Shown here: positions 22,330-33,868 of the stretch, in pieces | Numbering within the stretch: the stretch's first letter is position 1 | How the letters are laid out: each line of letters begins with the position of its first letter | Assembly: GCF_030028105.1 (NCBI RefSeq) | Contig: NC_092379.1 | Coordinates: 24,607,821 to 24,671,820 of the forward strand | DNA length: 64,000 nucleotides | Source: Mobula birostris | Taxonomy: Eukaryota | Direction: 5' to 3' | The notes under the pieces: generated by a model | What the model was told of the DNA's origin: nothing | Seen by the model: the letters and a program-made list of their open reading frames with translations, nothing else | Databases searched by the model: none | Made by a program: the position numbers and the translations under genes

Positions 22330-25006
22330 TTGTGTGTCAATGCAAGGAGCATTCGTAATAAGGTAGATGAATTGAAAGTGCAGATTGTTATTAATGATTA
22401 TAATATAGTTGGGATCACAGAGACATGGCTCCAGGGTGACCAAGGATGGGAGCTCAACGTTCAGGGATATTCAATATTCAGGAGGGATAGACATGAAAGA
22501 AAAGGCGGTGGGGTGGCGTTGCTGGTTAAAGAGGAGATTAACACAATATAAAAGAAGGACATAAGCCGGGAAGATGTGGAATCGATATGGGTAGAGCTGC
22601 GTAAAACTAAGGGGCAGAAAACGCTGGTGGGAGTTGTGTACAGGCCACCTAACAGTAGTAATAAGGTCGGAGATGGTATTAAACAGGAAATTAGAAATGT
22701 GTGCAATAAAGGAACAGCAGTTATAATGGGCGACTTCAATCTACATGTAGACTGGGTGAACCAAATTGGTAAAGGTGCTGAGGAAAACGATTTCTTGGAA
22801 TGTATGCGGGATGGTTTTTTGAACCAACATGTCGAGGAACCAACTAGAGAGCAGGCTATTCTGGACTGGGTTTTGAGCAATGAGGAAGGGTTAATTAGCA
22901 ATCTTGTCATGAGAGACCCCTTGGGTAAGAGTGACCATAATATGGTAGAATTCTTCATTAAGATGGAGAATGACATAGTTAATTCAGAAACAAAGGTTCT
23001 GAACTTAAAGAGGGGTAACTTTGAAGGTATGAGACGTGAATTAGCTAAGATAGACTGGCAAATGACACTTAAAGAATTGACGGTGGATATCCAATGGCAA
23101 GCATTTAAAGGTTGCATGGATGAACTACAACAATTGTTCATCCCAGTTTGGCAAAAGAATAAATCAAGGAAGGTAGTGCACCCGTGGCTGACAAGAGAAA
23201 TTAGGGATAGTATCAATTCCAAAGAAGAAGCATACAAATTAGCCAGAAAAAGTGACTCACCTGAGGACTGGGAGAAATTCAGAGTTCAGCAGAGGAGGAC
23301 AAAGGGCTTAATTCGGAATGGGAAAAAAAGATTACGAGAGAAAACTGGCAGGGAACATAAAAACGGACTGTAAAATCTTTTATAGATATGTAAAAAGGAA
23401 AAGACTGGTAAAGACAAATGTAGGTTACCTGCAGACAGAAACAGGTGAATTGATTATGGGGAGCAAGGACATGGCAGACCAATTGAATAATTACTTTGGT
23501 TCTGTCTTCACTAAGGAGGACATAAATAATCTTCCAGAAATAGTAGGGGACAGAGGGTCCAGTGAGATGGAGGAACTGAACGAAATACATGTTAGTAGGG
23601 AAGTGGTGTTAGGTAAATTGAAGGGATCGAAGGCAGATAAATCCCCAGGGCCAGATGGTCTGTATCTCGGAGTGCTTAAGGAAGTAGCCCAAGAAATAGT
23701 GGATGCATTAGTGATAATTTTTCAAAACTCGTTAAATTCTGGACTGGTTCCTGAGGATTGCAGGGTGGCTAATGTAACCCCACTTTTTAAAAAAGGAGGA
23801 AGAGAGAAACCGGGGATTATAGACTGGTTAACCTAACGTCGGTGGTGGGGAAACTGCTGGAGTCAGTTATCAAAGATGTGATAACAGCACATTTGGAAAG
23901 CGGTGAAATCATCGGACAAAGTCAGCATTCGATTTGTGAAAGGAAAATCATGTCTGACGAATCTCATAGAATTTTTTGAGGATGTAACTAGTAGAGCGGA
24001 TAGGGGAGAACCAGTGGATGTGGTATATTTGGATTTTCAAAAGGCTTTTGAGAAGGTCCCACACAGGAGATTAGTGTGCAAACTTAAAGCACACGGTATT
24101 GGGGGTAAGATATTGATGTGGATAGAGAATTGGTTAGCAGACAGGAAGCAAAGAGTTGGAGTAAACGGGACCTTTTCAGAATGGCAGGCGGTGACTAGTG
24201 GGGTACCGCAAGGCTCAGTGCTGGGAGCCCAGTTGTTTACAATATATATTAATGACTTGGATGAGGGAATTAAATGCAGCATCTCCAAGTTTGCAGATGA
24301 CACGAAGTTGGGTGGCAGTGTTAGCTGTGAGGAGGATGCTAAGAATATGCAGAGTGACTTGGATAGGTTGGGTGAGTGGGCAAATTCATGGCAGGTGCAA
24401 TTTAATGTGGATAAGTGTGAAGTTATCCACTTTGGTGGCAAAAATAGGAAAACAGATTATTATCTGAATGGTGGCCGATTAGGAAAAGGGAGGTGCAACT
24501 GACCTGGGTGTCATTATACCCCAGTCATTGAAAGTGGGCATGCAGGTACAGCAGGCGGTGAAAAAGGCGAATGGTATGCTGGCATTTATAGCGAGAGGAT
24601 TCAAGTACAGGAGCAGGGAGGTACTATTGCAGTTGTACAAAGCCTTGGTGAGACCACACCTGGAGTATTGTGTGCAGTTTTGGTCCCCTAATCTGAGGAA
24701 AGACATCCTTTCCATAGAGGGAGTACAAAGAAAGTTCACCAGATTGATTCCTGGGATGGCAGGACTTTCATATGAAGAAAGACTGCATGAACGAGGGGTC
24801 ACAGTTTGAGGATAAAGGGGAAGCCTTTTAGGACCGAGATTAGGAAAAAAAAATTCTTCACACCGAGAGTGGTGAATCTGTGGAATTCTCTGCCACAGGA
24901 AACAGTTGAGGCCAGTTCATTGGCTATATTTAAGAGGGAGTTAGATATGGCCCTTGTGGCTACGGGGATCAGGGGGTATGGAGGGAAGGCTGGGGCAGGG
25001 TTCTGA
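22330..25006 (+). pseudogene. CR1 ORF2 (APE endonuclease plus RT), frameshifted
   Basis: NARSIRNK, GITETWL, MGDFN, SDH, YLDFQKAF, SGVPQGSVLG and KFADDTKL motifs are split over several ORF-track frames. Confidence 0.9.
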
Positions 25007-25267
25007 GTTGGATGATCAGCCATGATCATAATAAATGGCGGTGCAGGCTCGAAGGGCCGAATGGCCTACTCCTGCACCTATTTTCTATGTTTCTATGTTT
25101 CTATATTAAACAAAACTACCCTTGAAAGCACTTCGATGAAACAGCTTTATAAATTACGTTAGGTCACATGTAATGTACAATGGAATTCACCAGAACGCAA
25201 TTTGAAAGTAATCCTACTTATGATTCTATTTCCTGAATCCAGCATATATATTTTATTCGGATCTGAA

Positions 25268-25337
25268 AGTTTTTATTCGATTATCCTTCGTTGTGCATAT
25301 TCGGAAATCCACAGTGCTTCATGTCAGGTTCAAATCT
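25268..25337 (-). other. NAR-TCR D segment with 12/12 RSS (cassette B1); core 25296-25309
   Basis: Plus strand reads AGTTTTTAT-12-CGTTGTG [CATATTCGGAAATC] CACAGTG-12-TTCAAATCT. The adjacent J is deleted. Confidence 0.8.
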
Positions 25338-25686
25338 CAGAATAGGACTGAGCTGCAGGTAACAGCTTCCCAACTACTATTCCTGCTTCCATCCTGTTGG
25401 AGCAGGGTGACATCTGAAGTAAGGGTTTGGGAAGAGGGAAAATGATTATGACCTGCTGTTCGCTAAAAACGGAAATGTGAAAGGCGGTTTTGTACATGCA
25501 AACTCAGTAGAGAAGAGAAAGAGTATGAATATTAAACTTCATGTCCCATTACAAAATATAATGTACGGAACGCAGGAGAAATGCCTCGTTGAATTACGGA
25601 CAGATTAACTCTATTCCTTAAGATGTTGATAGGATAAATTGCAGCGAGTATTTGAGTACAGCGGGATTCGCTCTCCAAGTTCTGTG

Positions 25687-26167
25687 TACATTCATGTTCA
25701 TATTCAAATTTACAGAAATAGGTAGCGCTGCACTTAAATCCAAGATTCAAAATTTTAAGAATGATCGTAATTCATGCTTTATTTTCCGTTGTAATAAATC
25801 TTCCTCCTGTGTAGATCTGCTCCCAGACCGTTCCTGACTGCGTCTGTTTGAAGAACTGTCCGTTTATAAATTAATCGCTTGATGATTTTTTAAAGAATCT
25901 GCATGTGATGGTGAGAGACAAGCATTATATTTTCGCCACCGCTGTCGGGCTCTGCATCACTGATTTGCCGAAGAGGACTGGAAATTAAGAAAATGCAGAA
26001 CAGAAGCGTCATTAGATGTGAAATACGCAAGACGACTAATACTATGACTTCATGAAATTCTTAATCTACCTGTTCACTATTATACCTAACTCGCATGCTG
26101 CAGAGAATTGCGTACGGTCCTCACGCCGAAAGCAGATGCAGCGCGTGACATTCAAGAGGAAGTTCAT
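25687..26167 (-). pseudogene. NAR-TCR V pseudogene (cassette B1); leader 26125-26167, V exon 25687-25977
   Basis: In frame, but with TAA before the FR1 Cys, TAA in CDR1 and TGA in FR3. The RSS is CACAGAA-22-ACTCAAATA. Confidence 0.9.
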
Positions 26168-26829
26168 CGTTTCGTTTCCGGATGTAGGATGGTTTATATG
26201 ACGGAGAGCTAGACTGCTGTGTTACGTTATTCCTCAGAACAGGGCAGAGGGACCGCTGACGGTTGCGGTTCTAGATTTATGCAATTGCTGTGCTCTTTCC
26301 GTATTACCTTTTTGCGAGAAAGCGTCTGGTTTAATGAACAATAGCTATGGATCATTTCCCACACAAGCTCTTTGAAACTGATGAGAAAGGTCCTCCATGA
26401 CAGTTTTGATGTCAATACACGTGACGCTTCATCTTTTTGATAAATTCGAAAAGACCAGACATCTGCGAAAAGAAAATGAAAAAAAAATGACACGTGCCAG
26501 GATGAAGACATATCTCATCAAGATAACTGAGAGTGTCACTAGGTTTATAAATATATCATCGGCCATATCCATATTGTTTTCAGGGATGGAGTCAAGGTGA
26601 TAGAGAACGGTGGGAAAACTGACTGAACAAGTGAGCTTTATGGAACTGTGGAAGTTGATGAAATTTACGAGGTCAAAAAGTGTACATGCATTACGCCAGT
26701 AGTTACCAGATGTGGCTATTATTTTTAACGACTTCAGAGACAACGGTTGAATAAACAGGTCATAGAGTACAATGTATTTAATTGGGATAAGACCATAAGA
26801 ATAGAATTACCGAGTTGATTTACTGAGTC

Positions 26830-29230
26830 TGCTCGGCAATTCAATCTTGGCTGATCCATTATTTTTCCTCCTAAATCTCAATTATCGGCATTCTCCCGTA
26901 ATCGTTGTTGTTATGTCTAATCCAAAACATATCAATCTCTCTCTTAAATACACCCAGCGACTTGGACACCACAGCTACTTGTTGCAATAATTTGCACATA
27001 TCACCACCCACTGGTAAAATTAATTTCTGCGCATCTCTGTTTTATTTTTTTGAATGGCCGCCCCTCTGTCCTGAGGCTGTGCCCTCTTGTCCTAGTCTCG
27101 ACCACCAATGGAAACATTCTTTCCATATCTACTTTTACAGGGACTTTCAAAATTAGAAAATTTTCAATGAGATCCCCTTCACCCTTTTAAGTCGCAGGTA
27201 GTACAGACCCACACCCATCAAGAAAAAAAAAATATATCCCGGTATGTTAACCCTTTCATTCCTGGAATAACCCTTGTGAACCTACTGTGGACCATCTCCA
27301 ATACCAGCACGTGTTTTCTAAAATGAGCAACCCAAAACAGTTCACAATAAGCAAGATGAGACCTCACTAGTGCGTCATAAATTCTCAGCATCACATTCCT
27401 GCAATTCCATTCTGGCCCTCTGAAATGAATGCCAGCATTACAGTTGCCTTTCTGACCATCGAATGAACCTACAAGTTAACATTCAGTAGGTTCTTCACAA
27501 AGACTCCCAAGTAACTTGCATCTCAGAGATTTGGATTTTCTCCCGGTTTAGAAGTACTCCATTTCATATTCCATTTGACACTTTGTTGTAGATTCTCCTC
27601 ATCTGTCTGAGGCCTTCTGCATCCGACTTGTTTCCGCAACACTCCCTGCCTCTGCAATGATGTTCATATCTGCTGCAAACCTGACCAAAAAGTAACTATT
27701 TTATATTCAAAATCATTTATATCCAACATAAACAGAACTGGTCCCAACACCTACCCATGCGGGAAAACACCAGTCATTGGCACCCAAACTAACAAGGATC
27801 CATTATTCCCATTCACCGCCTCTTTCAATCAACCACTGCTCTAACCTTCCTGTAATACAGCAAGCATTTAACTTGGTAAGCAGCCTAATGTTGGCACCTT
27901 GTCAAAGGCCTTCCGGAAGGTCCTCATATGCAAAATCCACTGCTTCCCCTTTATTGTTGTACTGGTTATCCCCTCAATGAATTCCAACAGGTTTGGCAGG
28001 CAAGATTTCCCCGTAAGGGAACAATACTGACTTCGTACTATCTTCTCCCGTGTTACAAATTACTCCATCACCTCAGCCTCAACAACTGACTCTAACATCT
28101 TCCCAACCACTGAGGTCAGGCTAAATTATCTATATTTTTTTTTTATCTGCTTTTCTTCTCTCTTAAAAAGTAGATTGACTTTTGAAATTTTCCAGTTCTC
28201 TGGCACCATGCCAGAGTCTAATGATGTTTGAAGGAACATTGCTAATGCCACCTCAATCTCTAAAGCTACATCTTTCACACACCTAGGGTAACTATATAAT
28301 GTTAAGTCTTTCAGCTTTTTGAGCACTTTCCCTCAAGTTATAGTAACCACACCTTGTTCTCTTCATCCACACATTACAACATCTGACACACTTCTCCTGT
28401 CTTCAACAGGAAAGACTGATGCAAAATTCTGCCGTATTTTTATACCCCGTTGTTACTTATTTACCTCATTTGATGCCGGTGCTATATCCACTCTCATTTC
28501 TCTTTTATTTCTTACATAATTAATAAGGGTTTTCGAACCATTTTGAAAGAATCCGCTAGCTTGCTTTCATGTGCCTTATTGCCCCTTCGAATTATTCTTT
28601 TAGTTGCTCTCTGCAACTTTTTAAACACTTTCCATTCCTCTATCTTTCCACTATTTTTTGCTTCTTTGGATGCCTATGTTTTATTTTTAGATTAGCTTTG
28701 ACTTCTCTTTCAGGCACGGTCGTGGAATATTGCCATTCGGGTAATTCTTCATGCTTTGGAATACACATGTCATTCCTCATTTTACCCAGAAACTCACGCC
28801 ATTGTCGCTCTGCATAATCCCTGCGAGCAGCTTCATTCAATTTACTTTGGCCAGCACCTCTTTCGTACCACTGTACTTTCTGTTGCTCCAGTTAAATAGT
28901 GCTACGTGAACACTTATTTTCTCCCTACTATCAAATTTCAAGTTGAAGTCTATCACATTATGATCACTGGTTCCTCAGGGTTCGTTTATGTTAAGCTGCC
29001 TAATTGCGCCCGTTCCTTACATAGCAGCCAATCCCATATAGCTGATTCGCTTGTGCGCTGAACAACAAATTGCTCTAAAAGCCATCTCTTTGGCATTCAA
29101 CAAGCTCATTCTCCGAATCGACCTGCATGTTAAAATCTCCCATGGCTACCATAGCATTGCTCTTTTAGACGGGCCTTTTCTATCTCCAACTGTAATATGT
29201 GGTTCAACTCCCAGCTACTGTTGGAAGAAC
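26830..29230 (-). mobile_element. Old CR1-type LINE remnant
   Basis: Reverse-complemented 3' UTR, RT and endonuclease fragments. Paralogs lie at about 45330-47750 and 58290-59250. Confidence 0.6.
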
Positions 29231-29239
29231 AGTACTTAA

Positions 29240-30845
29240 CTGAGATCATAGGCATGCACTCAGTTTAGCTGCTATGCACATGTTGTCTTCGGCATGCCTA
29301 GGCATGCTAAGTCAGGTTAGATGCTGGCAGACAGGCGATAAAAGGGGCTCACATTTACAGATGCTGTTTAGACACTTCTTGATGCACATGTTCTTCAGCC
29401 AAAAGCATAGTGAGTATACTTAATAATAGGATTTATTGTCTTCCGGAAGACTCAATACGGCAGAAATATTTCGTCAATGCCGCAACAGCTGCGATACATT
29501 CTGTTACATCTGTGGCGAGTATACGATTAAGGCTCAAAGACGCACCATGATTGCACTTATTATGAAAACCTATGTGCTGTAATTGGGATGTAAAGTTGGT
29601 GACAGAAACAACGCCCTGGGCTTCTCACATTTGTTGTCCAACGTGTGTATTCAACCTGAGCGCTCGGCTAAGAGGTACTCGGAAGTCAATGCCAATTGCA
29701 GTCCCAATGATATGGCGAGAACAGAAGGATCACGTGACTGACTTACTTCTGTCTGACCAATGTATCTGGCTTTTCTAATTAAAGTAACAAATCTATTGAA
29801 TACCCCAATCTGCCTTCAGCCATGAGACCAGTGTTACATGATGACAGTTTGCCAGAACCGAACACACCAGAGGTATGGAGCCTAGGTGAGACAGATAAAG
29901 ATGCCACAAAGCAAGAACCAGATGTGTAAAACGACACTGATCCAGATGTTAAACCCTTTATGCCTGATTATCCTCTTTGGGAGCACTACCAGAATTAAAT
30001 CACCTGGTCTGGCACTTAGATTTGTCAAAAGCTAAAGCAGAATTACTTGTTTCAAAGTTGCAAGGATGGAGTTTACAGTCACCAGGTACAAATATTTCTG
30101 TCTTTCGAAATCGTCAAGAACGTTGACAAACTTCTTTACACAAGTTGCCAACCTCTGTTTCTGCATTGACATTGATTTACTATGACAGAGGTATGTCTGT
30201 CTCCTCTTCACATAAAACACGAATTGATGAAACATTTTGTGAAAACAATGGAACAAGACGGTGATGAATGGCGCTATTTGAGACAGATGTTTAGAAGAAT
30301 TATTCATGCCAAGAAGAATAATTCACGCCAAGATTAAAAAAAGCATTTTTGCTGGTCCACAAATCAGACAGGTCGTCAATGACAGGGAGTTCGAAGATCT
30401 GCTAGTAGGGCCGGAGAATGTAGCATGGAAGGCATTTAAGGATGTTGTTGAGAATTTTCTTGCCAACTACAGAGCACCAAACTAGCTTGAGATCCTTGAT
30501 TACATGCTTAAAGCATACTAAGCCATGAAGTACATCATGTCATTGGAAATTCATTTTCTGCATTCACAGTTGCACTTCTTCCCTGCTGATATGGTGCAGT
30601 CAGTGACGAGCATGATGAAAGCTTTCACCAGGATTTTTCAACCATGGAAAAGCGGTATCAGGGCAACTGGAATCCATTAATACTGGCGGAATATTGTTGG
30701 ACAATGTCACGAGTGACACCAGATAATGCGTACAAAATAATCTGAAAAACATTTTAAACTGAGTTGAATTAAAACAATGTGTCAGCATTATAATGCAATT
30801 AAACCTGTTAATTCAATAAAAGTTTTTTTTTTTTGTTTATCCAAA
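29240..30845 (+). mobile_element. Chapaev3-like (CMC) DNA transposon remnant
   Basis: Cys/His N-terminal motif FCYICGEY...PWASHICC.TC...PMIWREQKDH and C-terminal SDEH.ESFHQD..TMEKRYQGNW. The family assignment is from my recall of these motifs, not from a search. Confidence 0.55.
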
Positions 30846-31213
30846 TCCTTATCTTCTTCTCTTTTGTCTTTGAAGCTCTTCTTGTCTTTCATCATGGGCC
30901 ACACATATTCGCCACAATATCCTTGTTGCGGTGGCGGCTGACGGGGGACTCTTGTAGAACTGAAAGATCTTAGAAGTGTCTTTATGTAATTAGCAGAGAG
31001 TTTCCCCGTTGGCTGAGGTTGAAGACGGAATGTTAGGATGTAACATCTGCGTCATTTCGAATATGAGAGATTAGTGCAGGATTTTCAGCATCTTCTCTGC
31101 GGTCTTGTTGCTGGTACATTTTTGTACTGCTCCTCTCATATTTTGAAACACTGTGTAATCCACAACATTGAGGTTTTTTTTGTGCATCTCGCTTCCTCTT
31201 GTCTATCACTGTG

Positions 31214-31519
31214 CCCTTCGGTGACTGATGGCACATTGGTACAAAGCCGAGTCGCTCAATTGCAGTTTGAAGATCTTTAACATGCTGATTTTATTTTCCC
31301 GATCGAGAGAACCGGAGAAGTGTCCTTGGGCAGCATTTTCCTGATCCTGATCTCCAGAGGTATGCGTCTGGAGCAGAAACTCTGGAGGTTCTGCTTGGAG
31401 CTGCCGGTACCAGTGTATCGTGTATGGACAAAACCCGAAATATTCGCAGCTTAATGTGACGACGTCATCAGAATAAGAAGATTGTAGAGGAGGATTCTTG
31501 GATACCATGGCCATAGGAT
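31214..31519 (-). CDS. TRDV: Supporting TCR-delta V exon (leaderless, cassette A2), open
   Basis: The TTCAG acceptor is in phase with the A2 J donor. Translation is PMAMVSKNPPLQSSYSDDVVTLSCEYFGFCPYTIHWYRQ...SDSALYQCAISHRR, with a CDR1 Cys and no leader exon. The RSS is CACAGTG-23-ACAAAAAAA (31175-31213). Confidence 0.92.
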
Positions 31520-32567
31520 CTGAAGGAATTTAAAAGAGGCATCACAATTACTATACTATCGTTACTGGATTGGCCACTCAAAGGAATAAATGAAGGTTTA
31601 GTACCGGCAGGTTTCGTTGACAATATGTCGAAAATGTTTTTTTGTGCACTTGGGAATTATTCCAGCGACTTTCTGGGGTGGAGGAATATTTGCTAGATGG
31701 TGCAGGAGGAGAATGGAAATTAATTGGAGGAGAAGTGGAAAGACTGCATGAAAATGCTGGAATACGTGAAACCATGGGAATTAATAAATACAATGTAGAA
31801 CATTTGTGAAATATTCTCAGAGAACGAACACCCAACGAGTTGGAGGATCTACCTGCTGTATTGTGAAAACTTCTGTTTTATATTTCTTTCTTTCATTTTT
31901 TAACGGAGAGACTATTAGGAATTCTAACATTTTGGGTGTGATGATTAGGTTTCCACCATCACCAGATTTCTGGTTGTATTCTCCTTCGCTGTTACAAGTC
32001 ATCCTCCTTTTTTTCAACACACCAGGCAGTTTCCATATGTTTTTTTGTTTCTTTTCTGATTCTGTTTCTTCTGCTTTTGCTGCATAATGTATATATACTG
32101 TCATCTTAAAATGTTCTCTCGCAGTCTGACAGATTTCGCTTGCATTTCAGTTTACATTTCGACGTCAGACTCAAGCGTGACTTGGCGTCTCCCCTCACTA
32201 TTTACATCGGCAGCTCGTGCTTGATAGACAAAAAAAAAGAAAGAAAGAAAAAAAAACTTTCTTAACCTTCCAGCTTGCAGTTTCTGTGTACCTGTACTGA
32301 ACAATCTCTCAGTGAAGGAAACCCCTGAGAGGTTCCGTCAAACGTGATACCCCTAGGTGCTGATCCAAGATTAGCATTCCTTCTGCTGTCCCCAAAACAG
32401 TTGAGACAAATGAAATACACGCTCTACATATGGGAATAAGCCCCTGCGTCTCCTTTCGCTCTTCCTGGTTACAGGTATGCGCTGTTTTCACTTTTATGTT
32501 ACCTTTTTTGCTAAACTGCTCTAACAATCACAATTAAAATGAAGTTTTATAAATTTGAAATACTTAC

Positions 32568-32625
32568 CGACTGTGACGGTGACCGTAGACCCGGTTCCAT
32601 CTTCATAGTAAGTTTCGTAGCAAGA
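32568..32625 (-). CDS. NAR-TCR J segment (cassette A2)
   Basis: SCYETYYEDGTGSTVTVTV plus GTAAG donor. The RSS on the minus strand is GATTCTTGT-23-CGCGGTG (32626-32664). Confidence 0.92.
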
Positions 32626-32964
32626 CACCGCGATCCGACTCTCAATCTCACTGGTACAAGAATCATCCTCAACTCAGTCTATTCATCAGCTATCATTAGA
32701 CAGTGTAGAAATTTTCCAGACTTTGAAAATAAGAACGACGGCATTCAGTGTTCCACAAACACCATTGAAGCTGCCCATGAGAAGAAATCTCTGTAAAATG
32801 ACCTCATCATGGTTTGCGTATGTCAGTTCCCTAAACCGCAGCAAATGTCAAAAAATCCCTGAAAGCGGCAAAGTACATTCGAATTCATCTGATCACTGTG
32901 GGAATGCAATGTGCCATTTGATTTTATTCCGCTACTACAAAATATATATTTTAACGGGGCCAGA

Positions 32965-33035
32965 AGTTTTTGTTCGATTATCTTCCGTTGTGTGCATTCC
33001 AGTTATCCACACTGTTTCATGTCCAGTTCAAATTG
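32965..33035 (-). other. NAR-TCR D segment with 12/12 RSS (cassette A2); core 32993-33007
   Basis: Core is GATAACTGGAATGCA. Plus strand reads AGTTTTTGT-12-CGTTGTG [D] CACACTG-12-TTCAAATTG. Confidence 0.85.
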
Positions 33036-33388
33036 CAGGAGCCGGTTGGGCAGGAGAAAACATCCTCCCAGCTACTATTCCAGTCTCCATGCTATTGGAT
33101 CAGGGTTCCATCTGAAGTAGGAGATTGGGAAGTGGCAGTTTCATTCTCACTCGCTGTTCACTGCATAGTTCCTGGGGAAGGTGGTTTACCATGCAAATAC
33201 AGTACAGAAGAGAAAATAACTAACGTATGAACTGACAACTTCCAGTCCCATTGCAAACTAGACTGTATGGAACGCAGACGAAGAACCTTCTGAAATTACC
33301 AGCATATGAACTCCGCTGCTTCAGATGTTGATGGGATAATTCCCATCTTCTGTTTGAGTACGGCGGTGATCCCTTTCCAAACACTGTG

Positions 33389-33868
33389 TGTCCCATTCAT
33401 ATTCAGCTTTACAAAAATAGATGGCACTGTCGTCAACTTCAAGATTCATAATTTTCAGTGTAAATATCATTTCGGCGTTATTTTGCGCAATTATAAATCT
33501 CGTTCCTGTGGAGATCCGTTCCCATCCCGTTTTTCGCCGTGTTTGTTTGAAGAAATGTCCGGTTATAAACTTATAAGTTCCCGTCCATCCAGTACGGAAA
33601 GTGCATGTGATGGTCAGTGACTGGCATTCACTTTTCGTCACCACTGTCGGGCTCTGGGTCACGGTCTGGCTGAAGAAGACTGGAGATTAAGAATAAGGAG
33701 AAGTGAAACAGCATTAGATGTGACACAAAATAGAGGGCTAACACGATGACTTCAAGGATTCTGCATACACTCGTTCAGTTTCGTATTTAATTCGAATATT
33801 CCGTAAATTTGTGAACAGTACTCACGGTCAAAGCAGAGGCACAGTGTGACATACAGGAGAAATTTCAT
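33389..33868 (-). CDS. NAR-TCR V gene (cassette A2), apparently functional; leader 33826-33868, V exon 33389-33679
   Basis: Leader MKFLLYVTLCLCFD with intact splice sites, and an open V about 92% identical to A1 (23 differences in 291 nt, counted by hand). The RSS is CACAGTG-22-ACTCAAACA (33351-33388). Confidence 0.93.

Larger units (their letters stand above)
20990..25104 (+). mobile_element. Near full-length CR1 LINE
   Basis: 5' UTR, ORF1, ORF2 and a (TTTCTATG)n tail. It is inserted at CTTGA|TATATT, and the empty site is seen at about 43640 and 56260. Confidence 0.93.

Noticed and set aside
22461-24802. Long minus-strand ORFs (258, 134 and 107 aa)
   Set aside because: They are antisense frames of CR1 ORF2, a common artefact.
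20990-25110. Target-site duplication for the plus-strand CR1
   Set aside because: Comparison with the empty sites shows an essentially blunt insertion with only tail microhomology, so no TSD is claimed.
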